Notes under the pieces: generated by a model | Told to the model about the DNA's origin: nothing | Databases searched by the model: none | The model's input: the letters and a program-made list of their open reading frames with translations, nothing else | Translations under genes and position numbers: made by a program | DNA from: an uncultured delta proteobacterium | GTDB lineage: Bacteria; Desulfobacterota; Syntrophobacteria; BM002 | DNA: 64,000 nt | Assembly: GCA_963712115.1 (NCBI GenBank) | Contig: CAVQGX010000033.1 | Location: 96,001-160,000 of the forward strand | Direction: 5' to 3' | In this document: piece after piece, positions 53,397 to 64,000 of the stretch | Layout of the letters: every line of letters begins with the position of its first letter | Position numbering within the stretch: position 1 is the stretch's first letter

Positions 53397-56300
53397 TTAA
53401 TTATCGACGTCTTCTAAAAGTCTTACATCCAAGCCTAGTGCCTGGAGTTCCTTTACTAGTACATTGAAAGATTCCGGCAACCCAGCCTCGAGTGTATTGT
53501 CACCCTTGACGATTTTCTCATACATGCGGGTCCTGCCAGCCACGTCGTCGGATTTGACTGTCAAGAATTCCTGAAGAGCATAAGCAGCGCCGTAAGCCTC
53601 CATAGCCCAAACTTCCATCTCACCCAAACGCTGCCCACCAAATTGCGCTTTACCGCCCAATGGTTGCTGGGTTACCAGCGAGTAGGGACCAATGGAGCGG
53701 GCGTGCAGCTTGTCATCCACCAAATGGTGCAACTTCATCATGTACATGATCCCCACGGTAACCTTACTGTCGAAGGGCTCACCAGTACGGCCGTCATGCA
53801 GGGTGGCCTGCCCCAGTTCGGGAAGTCCACCTTCCTTAAGAAAGTGCCGGATCTCTTCTTCTTCAGCACCATCAAAAACCGGGCTGGCCAGGTGAAACCC
53901 TTCACGGTAGTGGGGGATAAGACTTCTGAGATCGCTCTCGTCTGCGTCGGCAAAATACTCCTCAAATTCCACCTTGGAGTGGAGCCGCTGGAGTTTCGCC
54001 ATTATATCCTCCCGGCTCTTGTATTCTTCAATCAGTCGAGCCAGTTGTTCGCCGATCCCTTTAGCCGCCCAGCCTAGGTGGGTCTCTAAAACTTGACCCA
54101 CATTCATACGGGAAGGCACGCCAAGAGGATTAAGGACAATGTCAACCGGAGTGCCATCTTCAAAATATGGCATATCCTCCTCTGGCAGCACCCGGCTAAC
54201 CACCCCCTTATTGCCGTGGCGACCGGCCATCTTGTCTCCCACCGACAGCTTGCGCTTAACAGCCAGGTAGACCTTGACCATTTTGATGACCCCTGGGGGC
54301 AGTTCGTCTCCCTTTTTGAGCTTGGATATTTTGTCTTCGAAGACCATTTGCACCAATTCGATCTGTTCGTGGTAGTTTTCCCATATCGCTCGAACTTGTG
54401 CCGTCGCCTCTGGTTTCCCCTGAACCTCAAGATCCATCCACTGGCCGGGTGGCAGCTGGGCTAGAATCTCTCCATCAAATGCACCGCCCTTTTTGATTAA
54501 AGTCTTTTTGCCTTCTTTGACCGGCTTGGCTGATTTCTTACCCCCAAGCAAACGCTCGAGTTTTCTCAGCGCGCTTTTCTTGATTATCTTGATTTCATCG
54601 CGCTGATCTTTTAGCAACCGAGCTATTTCCTCGTCTTCAATAGACTTGGTTCGCTCATCCTTATCGACACCCTTGCGAGAAAAGACCTTGGCATCTATAA
54701 CTATCCCCTCCACACCCGGCGGTACCCTGAGAGAGGTGTCTTTCACATCACCGGCCTTCTCACCGAAAATGGCCCTGAGCAGCTTTTCCTCTGGGGTGAG
54801 TTGGGTCTCACCCTTCGGGGTTACCTTGCCCACTAATATGTCACCAGTATTGACTGTGGCACCGACCCGGATGATCCCACTTTCGTCAAGGTTGCGTAAT
54901 GCTTCCTCACCTATATTGGGGATGTCGCGGGTGATTTCTTCCTTCCCTAACTTGGTGTCCCGTGCTACCAACTCAAACTCTTCAATGTGGACGGAAGTGA
55001 AGATGTCCTCTTTAACCACCCTCTCGCTAACCAGAATTGAATCCTCGAAGTTGTATCCACCCCAACTCATAAAAGCCACAGTTACATTTCTTCCCAAAGC
55101 CAGTTCACCCGTCTCGGTGGCCGGACCATCCGCAATAATCTGACCCTTTTCCACCTTTTGCCCTGGGCGCACGATGGGTTTTTGGTTGAAACAGGTGTTC
55201 TGGTTGGAGCGTTGGAACTTAGTTACCTTGTAAATATCCACTGCAGAGGCGAGTGATTGCTCCTCGCCGTCATCCTGGGACGCTCGGACAACAATCCGGG
55301 ATGCGTCAACGTCTTCCACGATCCCATCGCGTCGGGCAATGACGGTAACACCTGAATCTTTGGCCACCACTCTCTCAATACCAGTTCCCACGATCGGCGA
55401 CTTGCACCTCAGCAGGGGCACAGCCTGCCGCTGCATGTTGGAGCCCATCAGCGCCCTGTTGGCGTCATCGTTTTCCAGAAATGGAATGAGAGACGCCGCC
55501 ACGCTCACTAACTGGTTGGGACTAACGTCCATGAATTCAACCTCATTAGGAGGCGTCATGACAAATTCGCCCTCACGTCTACAGGAAACAAGATCCCGGA
55601 CGAATTTGTTCTTCTTGTCCAGAGGGGCATTGGCCTGGGCAAATGCATGCTCCTTTTCATCCATGGCGCTCAAGTACGCCACATTGCTGGATACCTTGCC
55701 ATCTGCCACCTCCCGATAGGGTGTCTCGATAAAGCCAAACTCATTTACCCGAGCGTAGGTACTTAAAGAGACAATTAGCCCAATGTTGGGGCCTTCTGGG
55801 GTCTCAATGGGGCATATGCGCCCATAATGAGTAGGATGGACGTCGCGTACCTCGAAACCTGCACGCTCGCGCGTGAGTCCTCCGGGACCGAGGGCGCTAA
55901 GTCTCCTCTTGTGAGTGATCTCGCTCAGTGGATTGGTCTGGTCCATGAACTGGCTTAGCTGGCTGGTACCGAAAAACTCCTTGACCACCGCTGATACCGG
56001 TTTGGCATTGATAAGATCGTGGGGCATGAGAGTCTCGATCTCTTGGAGACTCATGCGCTCTTTGATTGCCCTTTCCATTCGAACCAAGCCAATGCGGTAC
56101 TGGTTCTCCAATAGTTCACCAACTGCACGCACTCGCCGGTTCCCTAGATTATCAATGTCATCCACCGCTCCCTGGGTGTCTTTGATTTTGATCAGCTTTT
56201 TCACCGCCCGCAGGATGTCCTCCTTAGTGAGGGTGCGGTGGCTGAGCGGCAACTCCTCGGTTCCCAGTTGTTGATTAAGCTTCAAGCGTCCAACTTCTGA

Positions 56301-57515
56301 TAGGTCGTATTGTTCGGGGCTGAAGAAAAGATTATTGAAGAACTCGGCTGCCACCTCAGGAGTGGGGGGATTACTCGGCCGTAGTTTACGATAAATCTCA
56401 AGAATCGCCGCTTCCGAATCTTCAACCTTATCCATCAAAAGGGTGTTGCGGAAGGAAGGACTGACATCACTGCCTTCCATGTGGAGTAAATCCAGATACT
56501 CGACGGAGCGAGCCCTCAAGGTGACCAAGTGCTCTTCGGTGATAGTTTCGTTACACTGGATGAGCACTTCTCCGGTGGTCTCATCCACTACATCCCTTCC
56601 CACTACTCGCCCTACCAGATTTTCATCTGGGAATGGAATCTCGGTAATAGCCGACTCTTTGAGCTGCTGAATAAGCTTGACTCCCAGCTTTCTTCCCTTT
56701 TTCACCAGGACCTTACCGCTTTTGGGATCATTAATATCAAGAGGTGCCCGGGCTCCCAGCATAAAGGCTTCGTCCAGAGGTTTCGTCACCCCATCATCTT
56801 TCAGGTAAACGCGCTCGGACCGGTAAAAGTAACCGAGCAATTCTTCAGGGCTGTAGCCCAATGCTCTGAGTAATATGGTGACTGGAAACTTCCGTCGACG
56901 ATCGATGCGGACGTAGAGGATATCTTTCGGATCGAACTCTAGATCGATCCAGGAGCCGCGCAAGGGGATAACCCTGGCAGAGTAGAGCAGCTTGCCGCTC
57001 GAATGGGTCTTGCCCTTGTCATGGTCGAAAAAGATACCTGGAGAGCGGTGCAACTGACTAACCACCACCCTTTCGGTGCCATTGATGATGAAGGTGCCGT
57101 GGTCTGTCATTAAAGGTATGGTGCCGAAATAGATCTCCTGCTCTTTAATATCCCGAATATGTTTGGCACCAGTATCTTTATCAACGTCGTAAACGACCAG
57201 CCGCACCGTTATTTTTATTGGTGCCTCATAAGTCATTCCACGTTGCAAGCACTCTTCAACATCGTATTTGATGCCCCCGATGGTATAGCGGACAAACTCG
57301 AGGGAAGCTGTACCGCTAAAATCGCGGATAGGAAAGACCCCTTTAAAGACCCCTTGAAGACCCTTATCGATCCTTTCGTCGGGATCCACTTCCTGTTGAA
57401 GAAAACGTTCATAGGACTGCCTTTGCATTTCTATGAGATTGGGGATCTCCACTATTTTTCTGATCTTACCGAAATTCTTGCGGACTCGATAATCATTGGC
57501 CAATGAGGTTGCCAT
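53397..57515 (-). CDS. rpoB: RNA polymerase beta subunit
   Basis: [36 protein letters not shown]. Confidence 0.99.
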   Translation of the reverse strand: MATSLANDYRVRKNFGKIRKIVEIPNLIEMQRQSYERFLQQEVDPDERIDKGLQGVFKGVFPIRDFSGTASLEFVRYTIGGIKYDVEECLQRGMTYEAPIKITVRLVVYDVDKDTGAKHIRDIKEQEIYFGTIPLMTDHGTFIINGTERVVVSQLHRSPGIFFDHDKGKTHSSGKLLYSARVIPLRGSWIDLEFDPKDILYVRIDRRRKFPVTILLRALGYSPEELLGYFYRSERVYLKDDGVTKPLDEAFMLGARAPLDINDPKSGKVLVKKGRKLGVKLIQQLKESAITEIPFPDENLVGRVVGRDVVDETTGEVLIQCNETITEEHLVTLRARSVEYLDLLHMEGSDVSPSFRNTLLMDKVEDSEAAILEIYRKLRPSNPPTPEVAAEFFNNLFFSPEQYDLSEVGRLKLNQQLGTEELPLSHRTLTKEDILRAVKKLIKIKDTQGAVDDIDNLGNRRVRAVGELLENQYRIGLVRMERAIKERMSLQEIETLMPHDLINAKPVSAVVKEFFGTSQLSQFMDQTNPLSEITHKRRLSALGPGGLTRERAGFEVRDVHPTHYGRICPIETPEGPNIGLIVSLSTYARVNEFGFIETPYREVADGKVSSNVAYLSAMDEKEHAFAQANAPLDKKNKFVRDLVSCRREGEFVMTPPNEVEFMDVSPNQLVSVAASLIPFLENDDANRALMGSNMQRQAVPLLRCKSPIVGTGIERVVAKDSGVTVIARRDGIVEDVDASRIVVRASQDDGEEQSLASAVDIYKVTKFQRSNQNTCFNQKPIVRPGQKVEKGQIIADGPATETGELALGRNVTVAFMSWGGYNFEDSILVSERVVKEDIFTSVHIEEFELVARDTKLGKEEITRDIPNIGEEALRNLDESGIIRVGATVNTGDILVGKVTPKGETQLTPEEKLLRAIFGEKAGDVKDTSLRVPPGVEGIVIDAKVFSRKGVDKDERTKSIEDEEIARLLKDQRDEIKIIKKSALRKLERLLGGKKSAKPVKEGKKTLIKKGGAFDGEILAQLPPGQWMDLEVQGKPEATAQVRAIWENYHEQIELVQMVFEDKISKLKKGDELPPGVIKMVKVYLAVKRKLSVGDKMAGRHGNKGVVSRVLPEEDMPYFEDGTPVDIVLNPLGVPSRMNVGQVLETHLGWAAKGIGEQLARLIEEYKSREDIMAKLQRLHSKVEFEEYFADADESDLRSLIPHYREGFHLASPVFDGAEEEEIRHFLKEGGLPELGQATLHDGRTGEPFDSKVTVGIMYMMKLHHLVDDKLHARSIGPYSLVTQQPLGGKAQFGGQRLGEMEVWAMEAYGAAYALQEFLTVKSDDVAGRTRMYEKIVKGDNTLEAGLPESFNVLVKELQALGLDVRLLEDVDN

Positions 57516-57537
57516 ATTTTCTTCCCTTTGGCGCCAG

Positions 57538-57628
57538 CTCCGTCAACTAGCTTGGGGGTAGATGAATCACCCCAGGGAAGTGACGGAGGCGATGTTTCCG
57601 ACTCCTGGGCTAGCCAGGAGACGAAAAC
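57538..57628 (-). promoter_or_regulatory. Structured rplL-rpoB intercistronic region (two hairpins)
   Basis: CTCCGTCA...TGACGGAG enclosing TGGGG/CCCCA, and CTCCTGG-GCTAG-CCAGGAG. E. coli has an attenuator/processing site at this position. Confidence 0.45.
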
Positions 57629-57662
57629 AAGCGGTTAAAGGCCTTTATTTGTTTAAAGATTC

Positions 57663-58070
57663 CTACTTTACCTCAACACTTGCCCCAGCCTCTTCCAGCT
57701 GCTTGACAATGTCGTCGGCTTCTTCTTTGGACACGCCTTCCTTTACATTGCCGGGCAAGGCATCCACCAGGGCCTTGGCTTCCTTCAAGCCCAGACCGGT
57801 GATAGACCGCACTACTTTAATGACCTGGATTTTCTTATCACCTACTCCGGTGATCACCACGTCAAATTCTGTCTTTTCTTCCTCAGCAGCTGCCTCAGCG
57901 CCACCTGCTGCAACTCCTGCCGGCATAGCCATTGGCATCGCAGCCATCGGTGTGGCTGCGGAAACTCCCAACTCCTCTTCCAGTTCTTTAACTAACTCGG
58001 CCAGCTCGAACACCGGCATGTTCTTAATGTATTCTTTGACATCGTCTTTGGTGATTTTCGCCTTTGCCAT
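57663..58070 (-). CDS. rplL: 50S ribosomal protein L7/L12
   Basis: [25 protein letters not shown]. Confidence 0.98.
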   Translation of the reverse strand: MAKAKITKDDVKEYIKNMPVFELAELVKELEEELGVSAATPMAAMPMAMPAGVAAGGAEAAAEEEKTEFDVVITGVGDKKIQVIKVVRSITGLGLKEAKALVDALPGNVKEGVSKEEADDIVKQLEEAGASVEVK

Positions 58071-58126
58071 GTTTTCACTCCTTAATCTATCTCTGTATCT
58101 TTTCGCACAGTCGCGGTTAATTCACT

Positions 58127-58684
58127 TCATGATGCTGATGTGGACTTCTGCTCGATGGCCTTAAGCACACCCAAAAGATTTCTAGGTACGGCAGCCAGTA
58201 ACCCGACAAAATCCCTAGGCACAGCATTCATGACACCCAGCAATCTAGACGGCAGCGTTGACATAATTCCCAACAGCTGAGCCTGGAGTACCTCTTTGGA
58301 AGGCAGCTGCACCAGTCGTTTCAGCTCCTCTTGCAGCATCAGCCTTCCAGCTAGTACCCCAGCCTTTACCTCCAGCTTTTGATTTTGCTTCGCATATTCC
58401 AGCAACAATTTGGCCGGAGTTATCTCGTCATCGTAACTAAAGGCCACGGCGTTGGGCCCAATAAGATAGTCCTTTAGGGGCGATGCCTCGGTATCTTTGA
58501 CAGCCAGGCGGATCAAGCTGTTTTTCACCACCCGGTATTCCACGCCCTCTTCTCTCAGTTTGTGGCGCAGCTCGGTAATTTCCAAGACCTTTAGGCCACG
58601 GTAATCCGTAAGGATTGCTGCCTTGGACCGCTCCAGCTTATCGCGGAGTTCGGCCACCACTGCTTCTTTCTCTTGCCTGTTCAA
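58127..58684 (-). CDS. rplJ: 50S ribosomal protein L10
   Basis: DYRGL, VVKNSL, LPSKEVL; located between rplA and rplL. Confidence 0.97.
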   Translation of the reverse strand: MNRQEKEAVVAELRDKLERSKAAILTDYRGLKVLEITELRHKLREEGVEYRVVKNSLIRLAVKDTEASPLKDYLIGPNAVAFSYDDEITPAKLLLEYAKQNQKLEVKAGVLAGRLMLQEELKRLVQLPSKEVLQAQLLGIMSTLPSRLLGVMNAVPRDFVGLLAAVPRNLLGVLKAIEQKSTSAS

Positions 58685-58759
58685 AGCTCTTCTTCCCTCC
58701 TTTCCTCTGCCAGCGCGTCTTTAGATTTCATCTCTGACAAAGTCCATGGAAGGTGCCTG

Positions 58760-58896
58760 TCTCTCAGGGGCGGATTGCCTGTTCCAGTCTCGGTAGGCTG
58801 ACCCAGAGTCAATTATCCCCATGCCAAACCCAAAAGCCCTTAGTTTCTTTGTCTCGTCTGGCTTTCAGGCAGGCAAGGCACCTACTGTCTCTGACC
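58760..58896 (-). ncRNA. L10 leader (rplJ autoregulatory RNA) with an expanded internal region
   Basis: Minus strand GTCAGAGACAGTAGGTGCC...ATAATT...CCTACCGAGAC has the characteristic AGAC/GTAGG...CCTAC/GAG core, upstream of rplJ. Boundaries are approximate. Confidence 0.7.
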
Positions 58897-58929
58897 AATC
58901 AAAGCGTCGCCGAGGCAGTCAGTTTTGTT

Positions 58930-59104
58930 ATTTCGGATTGCGGATTGCGGATTGCGGATTGAGTATGTAACTCGAAGGCTAAATTAGAATTCCGCATTCC
59001 CCGTTCCCAAATCCGCAATGGATTACTCCATTACTCCAGCTTTCTCCTGCTTACTGCTCACTGCTTACTGCTCACTGCTTACTGCTTACTGCTTACTGCT
59101 TACT
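58930..59104. repeat. Composite arrays: (ATTGCGG)n...(ATTCCGC)n, (ATTACTCC)x2, (TGCTYAC)x8
   Basis: Directly readable between the rplA stop (59110) and the L10 leader. Confidence 0.9.
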
Positions 59105-59109
59105 AAATC

Positions 59110-59814
59110 TTATGTCAGCAATACCTTCAGAGTACCAGGATCGATCTTGATTCCCGGTCCCATGGTTGTGGAGATGGCAATGGTGCGTATATAGGTACCC
59201 TTGCTAGCTGATGGTTTAAGGCGCATGATGGTATCCATAAATGTCGCGACATTTTCCAGAATCTTGTCCGCCCCAAACGAAACCCTGCCAACAGGAGCGT
59301 GGACTATGCCGGACTTCTCCACGCGAAAATCGATTTTTCCAGACTTGATTTCTCTAATAACCTTACCAAGGTCGAAGGTTACCGTACCCAATTTGGCATT
59401 GGGCATAAGCCCTCGGGGACCCAGGATCTTTCCTATTTTGCCCACAGCCCCCATCATGTCCGGGGTGGCCACGGTCTTATCAAAATCAAGCCATCCCCCT
59501 TGTATCTTGGTGATGAGTTCATCTCCGCCAGCATAATCCGCACCCGCCTCAAGTGCCTCCTTCTCTTTTTCCCCTTTGGCAAAGGCCAGGACTCTGACCG
59601 ATTTTCCCGTACCATTGGGGAGCACCACTGTGCCGCGTACCATTTGGTCCGCCCGGCGTGGATCTACCCCGAGACGAACAGCCAAGTCAACGCTCTCATC
59701 GAAGCGGGCATAGGCACATTCTAGAACAAGCTTAACACCCTCGGAAAAGTCATAGCGCTTGGCAAGATCAAGTTCTTCTTTGGATTTCTTGTACTTTTTT
59801 CCTCTCCTAGTCAT
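59110..59814 (-). CDS. rplA: 50S ribosomal protein L1
   Basis: [30 protein letters not shown]. Confidence 0.98.
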   Translation of the reverse strand: MTRRGKKYKKSKEELDLAKRYDFSEGVKLVLECAYARFDESVDLAVRLGVDPRRADQMVRGTVVLPNGTGKSVRVLAFAKGEKEKEALEAGADYAGGDELITKIQGGWLDFDKTVATPDMMGAVGKIGKILGPRGLMPNAKLGTVTFDLGKVIREIKSGKIDFRVEKSGIVHAPVGRVSFGADKILENVATFMDTIMRLKPSASKGTYIRTIAISTTMGPGIKIDPGTLKVLLT

Positions 59815-59829
59815 ACTGCCTCTCCAAAC

Positions 59830-60252
59830 CTACTCGATTGTAATTCCCATACTTCTAGCGGTTCCCTCGATGATTTTGACCGCAGCCTCCAGGGTCGAAG
59901 TATTAAGGTCTGGCATTTTAAGCCGGGCAATCTCCTCAACTTGCTTTCGATTAACCTGACCTACTTTCTCGCGGTTGGGTTCGCTGGATCCTTTGGCAAT
60001 TTTGGCGGCCTTCTTCAGCAATACCGCCGCAGGAGGCGTTTTAGTCACGTAGGTAAAGGAACGATCCGCAAAAACCGTAATCACTACTGGTATGATCATT
60101 CCCTCCTGTCCCTGAGTTTGCGCATTAAAGGATTTGCAGAATTCCATAATGTTCACCCCGTGCTGTCCCAAAGCGGGGCCGATGGGGGGTGATGGGTTGG
60201 CTTGGCCTGCGGGAACCTGCAATTTAATATTGGCTATAACCTTTTTCGCCAT
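59830..60252 (-). CDS. rplK: 50S ribosomal protein L11
   Basis: [25 protein letters not shown]. Confidence 0.98.
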   Translation of the reverse strand: MAKKVIANIKLQVPAGQANPSPPIGPALGQHGVNIMEFCKSFNAQTQGQEGMIIPVVITVFADRSFTYVTKTPPAAVLLKKAAKIAKGSSEPNREKVGQVNRKQVEEIARLKMPDLNTSTLEAAVKIIEGTARSMGITIE

Positions 60253-60314
60253 GTTTCGTCTCTCCTATGAATCCAGCAACCCAGGCGGGTGCACTGTGAC
60301 GTTTAGGACCTCGT

Positions 60315-60446
60315 AACCACAGAGCACACAGAGAGTGCCAAAATTGTAAATCTTAAAGGGCCCATAAATGTATTGAACATTCGGGGCCCAGAGTAAAACC
60401 GAACCAATATTTGTTTTTCTTTGCTGTCTCTGTACCCTCTGTGGTT
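60315..60446. repeat. Inverted 9-mer-type element AACCACAGAGNNCACAGAG...CTCTGTNNNCTCTGTGGTT
   Basis: Terminal inverted arms about 19 bp long, with an internal GGGCCC...GGGGCCC segment. Confidence 0.7.
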
Positions 60447-60502
60447 CAGTTTAAAGCCTTGCTATACATCAACCTGGCCGCAAGAATCGATACTACAAAT
60501 CG

Positions 60503-61027
60503 TCAGATTTTAGTTACCTGAACAAAGTCCAGTTCCACGGGGGTGGAACGGCCAAATATACTCACCAGAACGCGCACCTTACCTTTTTCAGGAACAACAT
60601 CGTCAACCACGCCGTTGAAGTTGGAAAAGGGGCCATCAATGACTCGGACTTCGTCGCCCCGGTCGAATAGATACTTAGGTTTAGGCTTGAGCGCCCCCTC
60701 AGTCATCTGTTCGATGATTTTCTCCGCCTCTTCATCGCTCAGTGGGGTTGGTTTGTCTTTGCCGCCAATAAATCCGGTCACCTTCGGTGTATCTTTTACG
60801 ATGTGCCAGGTTTCGTCGTTAAGTTCCATGCGCACCAAGATATAGCCCGGATAGAATTTTCGGGCAGAGGTCTTCCTCTCCCCTTTGACCAGCTCTACCA
60901 CCTTTTCTGTAGGCACAAGGATCTTCTCAAAAAATTTCTCTTTCCCCAGAGTTTTGATCCGCTCCTCCAAGGCGTTTTTTACCTTTTGCTCGTATCCCGA
61001 GTAGGTATGGACGATGAACCACTGCAT
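60503..61027 (-). CDS. nusG: Transcription termination/antitermination factor NusG
   Basis: WFIVHTYSGYE, YPGYILV, KOW motif DGPF, IFGRSTPVEL; the start may be CTG 61033. Confidence 0.98.
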   Translation of the reverse strand: MQWFIVHTYSGYEQKVKNALEERIKTLGKEKFFEKILVPTEKVVELVKGERKTSARKFYPGYILVRMELNDETWHIVKDTPKVTGFIGGKDKPTPLSDEEAEKIIEQMTEGALKPKPKYLFDRGDEVRVIDGPFSNFNGVVDDVVPEKGKVRVLVSIFGRSTPVELDFVQVTKI

Positions 61028-61118
61028 TGCCAGAAATTATCTCCGATTAATTATTAAGGATTACCTTTATCCAAAACTGGTGTTCACCTAGAAAAATTTC
61101 AGTCCTGGCCGCCCCGCC

Positions 61119-61457
61119 TTAACTAAGAAGCAGTCGCATAAGCTTGGACAGACCAAGATCCACAATGCCCAAAAATGCTCCTATCAGGATAACAATGACC
61201 AAAACCACCGAAGTGGAGGCAATGGTATCTTTGCGCGTAGGCCAGGTAACTTTGGACAACTCAACTCGAACCTCACGAAGGAACTGTCTCACAGTTTCAA
61301 CCACGCCTGAGGTTCTTTCTATGACACTTGCTTTCGGCTCTGCCTTCCGCTTCTTTATTGGCTTGCTATCAGCAGCTGCCACGGCCTTGGGCATTTCAGT
61401 AATTGCTTGCGCCGGAGCGGCAGATTTCTTTTTCTTTTTTTTCTTCGATTTTGCCAT
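61119..61457 (-). CDS. secE: Preprotein translocase subunit SecE with a Lys-rich N-terminal extension
   Basis: ELSKVTWPTRK followed by a single TM helix. Confidence 0.95.
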   Translation of the reverse strand: MAKSKKKKKKKSAAPAQAITEMPKAVAAADSKPIKKRKAEPKASVIERTSGVVETVRQFLREVRVELSKVTWPTRKDTIASTSVVLVIVILIGAFLGIVDLGLSKLMRLLLS

Positions 61458-61471
61458 AGCTACAAAAATAA

Positions 61472-61548
61472 TGGCAGGCCAGGAGGGATTCGAACCCCCA
61501 ACATCCGGATTTGGAGTCCGGCGCTCTAGCCGTTCGAGCTACTGGCCT
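61472..61548 (-). tRNA. tRNA-Trp(CCA)
   Basis: AGGCCAG acceptor stem, CCGGA-CTCCAAA-TCCGG anticodon arm, GTTCGAATC, encoded CCA. Confidence 0.97.
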
Positions 61549-61595
61549 GCAGTAGTGGTGTTCTCAACTGGCGACTTCTTTCCGTCTAAAATACA

Positions 61596-61700
61596 GGAAT
61601 ATTGGAAGGTTGGAATATTGGGTCCAAAGAAGTGCAAGACCATAAAGAATGTTCTCTTCCCGCTTTTCACACCCAGCATTTCATTAATTCCATAATTCCA
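61596..61700. repeat. Inverted octamer array (TGGAATAT)n...(ATTCCA)n
   Basis: GGAATATTGGAAGGTTGGAATATTGGG ... CCCAGCATTTCATTAATTCCATAATTCCA. Confidence 0.65.
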
Positions 61701-61782
61701 TATGCTTCGCTAAAACCTCAACCGCACTCATTCAGTGCAGCTCGAGCAAGCTCGCACGTCCCCTGTGGCAAAAACCCTCGCC

Positions 61783-61932
61783 CTATTTGCTCTCGCGGTG
61801 CAAGGTATGATGTCCACAGTAGCGGCAATATTTGCGGAACTCCAACTTTTCTGGAGTAGTCCTCTTGTTCTTTGTTGTAGTGTAGTTTCTTCTTTTACAC
61901 TCTGAACAGGCCAGATTTATGATAACGCGCAT
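61783..61932 (-). CDS. rpmG: 50S ribosomal protein L33 (Zn-binding type)
   Basis: Manual translation [49 protein letters not shown]; below the ORF-track cutoff. Confidence 0.97.
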   Translation of the reverse strand: MRVIINLACSECKRRNYTTTKNKRTTPEKLEFRKYCRYCGHHTLHRESK

Positions 61933-61951
61933 GCTCTTTCCCAAAAAGTTC

Positions 61952-62020
61952 AGGATCTGAGATATGCGATGTGAGATTTCTACCCTAAGTATCTTCTATC
62001 CCAAATCCGCAATCCCAAAT
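61952..62020. repeat. Inverted heptamer array (GATNTGN)n...(ATCCCAA)n
   Basis: GATCTGA GATATGC GATGTGA GATTT ... ATCCCAA ATCCGCA ATCCCAA AT; abuts the tuf stop. Confidence 0.7.
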
Positions 62021-63214
62021 CTACTCGACAATATCACTGATGACACCAGCGCCCACCGTGCGACCTCCCTCGCGAATGGCAAAGCGTAACTCCTTCTCCA
62101 TCGCTATCGGGGTGATCAACTCTACGGTCATCGACACGTTGTCACCTGGCATCACCATCTCTATACCCTCGGGCAACGTCACCACGCCCGTAACATCTGT
62201 GGTGCGAAAATAAAACTGCGGCCTGTAACCATTGAAAAACGGCGTGTGACGACCACCCTCCTCCTTCTTCAATATATAAGCCTCAGCCTTAAACTTCCGG
62301 TGCGGATTAATCGAACCAGGCTTGGCTACCACCTGACCACGCTCAACATCATCTCGCTTCACCCCACGCAACAACACCCCTATGTTGTCACCTGCCTGAC
62401 CCTCATCCAAGGTCTTGCGAAACATCTCCACACCCGTACAAACCGTCTTGTGCGTCGGCCTAATCCCTACTATCTCTACCTCATCTCCAACCTTGATCAA
62501 ACCACGCTCTAAACGACCCGTCACCACCGTGCCTCGACCAGAAATGCTAAATACATCCTCAATCGGCATCAAAAACGGCTTGTCTACATCTCGCATAGGC
62601 TCAGGGATGTAACTGTCCACCGCTTCCATTAACTCAAATATGCACTTAGCCTCATCACTCTCAGCATCGTCACTCTCCAAAGCCTTCAACGCACTGCCCT
62701 GAACGATCGGTATGTCGTCTCCAGGAAACTCATACTTCGACAATAACTCCCGTAACTCCAACTCAACTAACTCTATCAACTCCTCATCATCCACCATGTC
62801 TACCTTGTTCAAAAATACCACTATGTACGGCACACCAACCTGACGGGCTAAAAGTATGTGCTCACGGGTCTGAGGCATCGGACCATCATCAGCTCCAACC
62901 ACCAATATCGCTCCGTCCATCTGCGCCGCACCCGTAATCATGTTCTTGATATAGTCCGCATGACCAGGACAATCCACATGGGCATAATGCCGCTTGCCCG
63001 TCTCATACTCCACATGCGCCGTCGCTATGGTGATCCCACGCTCCCTCTCCTCCGGCGCCTTGTCTATCTCGTCAAAGGAAACATACTCCGCCATGCCCTT
63101 CTTCGATAAATGCTTAGTTATCGCCGCCGTCAATGTCGTCTTACCATGATCTATGTGACCTATTGTTCCTACGTTTATATGCGGCTTCGTCCTCTCAAAC
63201 TTCTTCTTCGCCAT
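62021..63214 (-). CDS. tuf: Elongation factor Tu (tRNA-cluster copy)
   Basis: Same protein as 43844-45037; AGGAGG RBS before ATG 63214. Confidence 0.99.
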   Translation of the reverse strand: MAKKKFERTKPHINVGTIGHIDHGKTTLTAAITKHLSKKGMAEYVSFDEIDKAPEERERGITIATAHVEYETGKRHYAHVDCPGHADYIKNMITGAAQMDGAILVVGADDGPMPQTREHILLARQVGVPYIVVFLNKVDMVDDEELIELVELELRELLSKYEFPGDDIPIVQGSALKALESDDAESDEAKCIFELMEAVDSYIPEPMRDVDKPFLMPIEDVFSISGRGTVVTGRLERGLIKVGDEVEIVGIRPTHKTVCTGVEMFRKTLDEGQAGDNIGVLLRGVKRDDVERGQVVAKPGSINPHRKFKAEAYILKKEEGGRHTPFFNGYRPQFYFRTTDVTGVVTLPEGIEMVMPGDNVSMTVELITPIAMEKELRFAIREGGRTVGAGVISDIVE

Positions 63215-63291
63215 GGCGGTTCCTCCTGATAAAGGTTTACTCTGGCTTGTCAGCTGCCTCTGCTTCTTAAGAGAAATTTCAAGACTAATAC

Positions 63292-63368
<77 letters not shown>

Positions 63369-63551
63369 TCGTTCAGGGGCGTTTCGGGCGACCGGACCAG
63401 GAGAGCAGGGAAACAGTCAGCCTCGCAGTGGGTGCCACAGTGCTGAAAGCTTCCGTCGGAAAATGAGAAAAGGAAGAATGTAGTGCTTAACGATAATGGT
63501 CCTGGAGCCACCTTGGGCGCCACTATCTCCTACTAAAATTATGCTCACTGG

Positions 63552-63636
63552 TGGTGGAGAGGGGAGGATTCGAACCTCCGAAGGCTGCGCCGGCAGATTT
63601 ACAGTCTGCTCCCTTTGACCGCTCGGGAACCTCTCC
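63552..63636 (-). tRNA. tRNA-Tyr(GTA)
   Basis: GGAGAGG acceptor stem, GCAGA-CTGTAAA-TCTGC anticodon arm, long variable arm, CCA. Confidence 0.97.
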
Positions 63637-63706
63637 GCAGCAATTGAGAGCCTCAGCTAAAGACCCCATTATAAATTAATTAAAACCACGCAATAACAAA
63701 AATTTC

Positions 63707-63781
63707 TGGAGCTGGCGATGGGAATCGAACCCGCAACCTGCTGATTACAAATCAGCTGCTCTACCATTGAGCTACGCCAGC
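63707..63781 (-). tRNA. tRNA-Thr(TGT)
   Basis: GCTGGCG acceptor stem, GCTGA-TTTGTAA-TCAGC anticodon arm, CCA. Confidence 0.97.
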
Positions 63782-63791
63782 GAATCAGGAC

Positions 63792-63820
63792 ACTATAAAC
63801 TTATTCATACTACTAATCAA
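63792..63820 (-). promoter_or_regulatory. Sigma70-type promoter of the tRNA-tuf operon
   Basis: TTGATT-N17-TATAGT, 10 nt upstream of tRNA-Thr(TGT). Confidence 0.7.
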
Positions 63821-63912
63821 GGAAAAAAATGGCACTTCTTTAATTTTTTTAAGCGATCTAGAGTCATAGCGTATACGGATAACGAACTTCTTTGGAGTAT
63901 TGGAGTGAGCAT

Positions 63913-64000
63913 CATTTTAGATTTCAGATTGCTGATTGCAGATTGAGGATCAATGCATTCAATGCCACCAGGTCCTGAGCCCTTAAATCTGAAATCTGCA
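63913..64000. repeat. Inverted heptamer array (ATTNNAG)n...(AAATCTG)n, cut by the window edge
   Basis: ATTTTAG ATTTCAG ATTGCTG ATTGCAG ATTGAGG ... AAATCTG AAATCTG; same family as 18654-18745. Confidence 0.75.

Overview
Chromosomal window from an anaerobic bacterium, most likely Desulfobacterota (a deltaproteobacterium); this is inferred from protein signatures and gene content, not from a database search. The right ~36 kb (27967-63781, minus strand) is the translation/transcription superoperon: tRNA-Thr, tRNA-Tyr, tRNA-Thr, tuf, rpmG, tRNA-Trp, secE, nusG, rplKAJL, rpoBC, rpsLG, fusA, tuf, then the S10, spc and alpha clusters. map survives only as a 3' remnant. The left ~28 kb holds metabolic and accessory genes: a disrupted DUF885 gene, a miniature corrinoid Fe-S-like protein, PilZ, CoA-disulfide reductase-rhodanese, Csp, a 2-oxoacid:ferredoxin oxidoreductase operon, a divergent bS21, crotonase, DAHP synthase, LtaE, DUF62, Crp/Fnr, two ECF ATPases, cNMP-FHA, Hsp20, an Aap-type amino-acid ABC transporter and aspartokinase. 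Most notable observations: (1) many intergenic 7-9-bp tandem arrays of different sequences, arranged as inverted arms, nested in one another and repeatedly abutting stop codons; (2) a ~190-bp MITE-like element whose copies fold on one specific strand and show compensatory changes; (3) an unannotated Tyr/Phe-rich leader peptide with a complete attenuator upstream of DAHP synthase; (4) a 209-aa AcsC/HgcA-related protein with Met at the position of the HgcA cobalt-ligating Cys; (5) an orphan ECF ATPase pair with one apparently degenerate ATP site.
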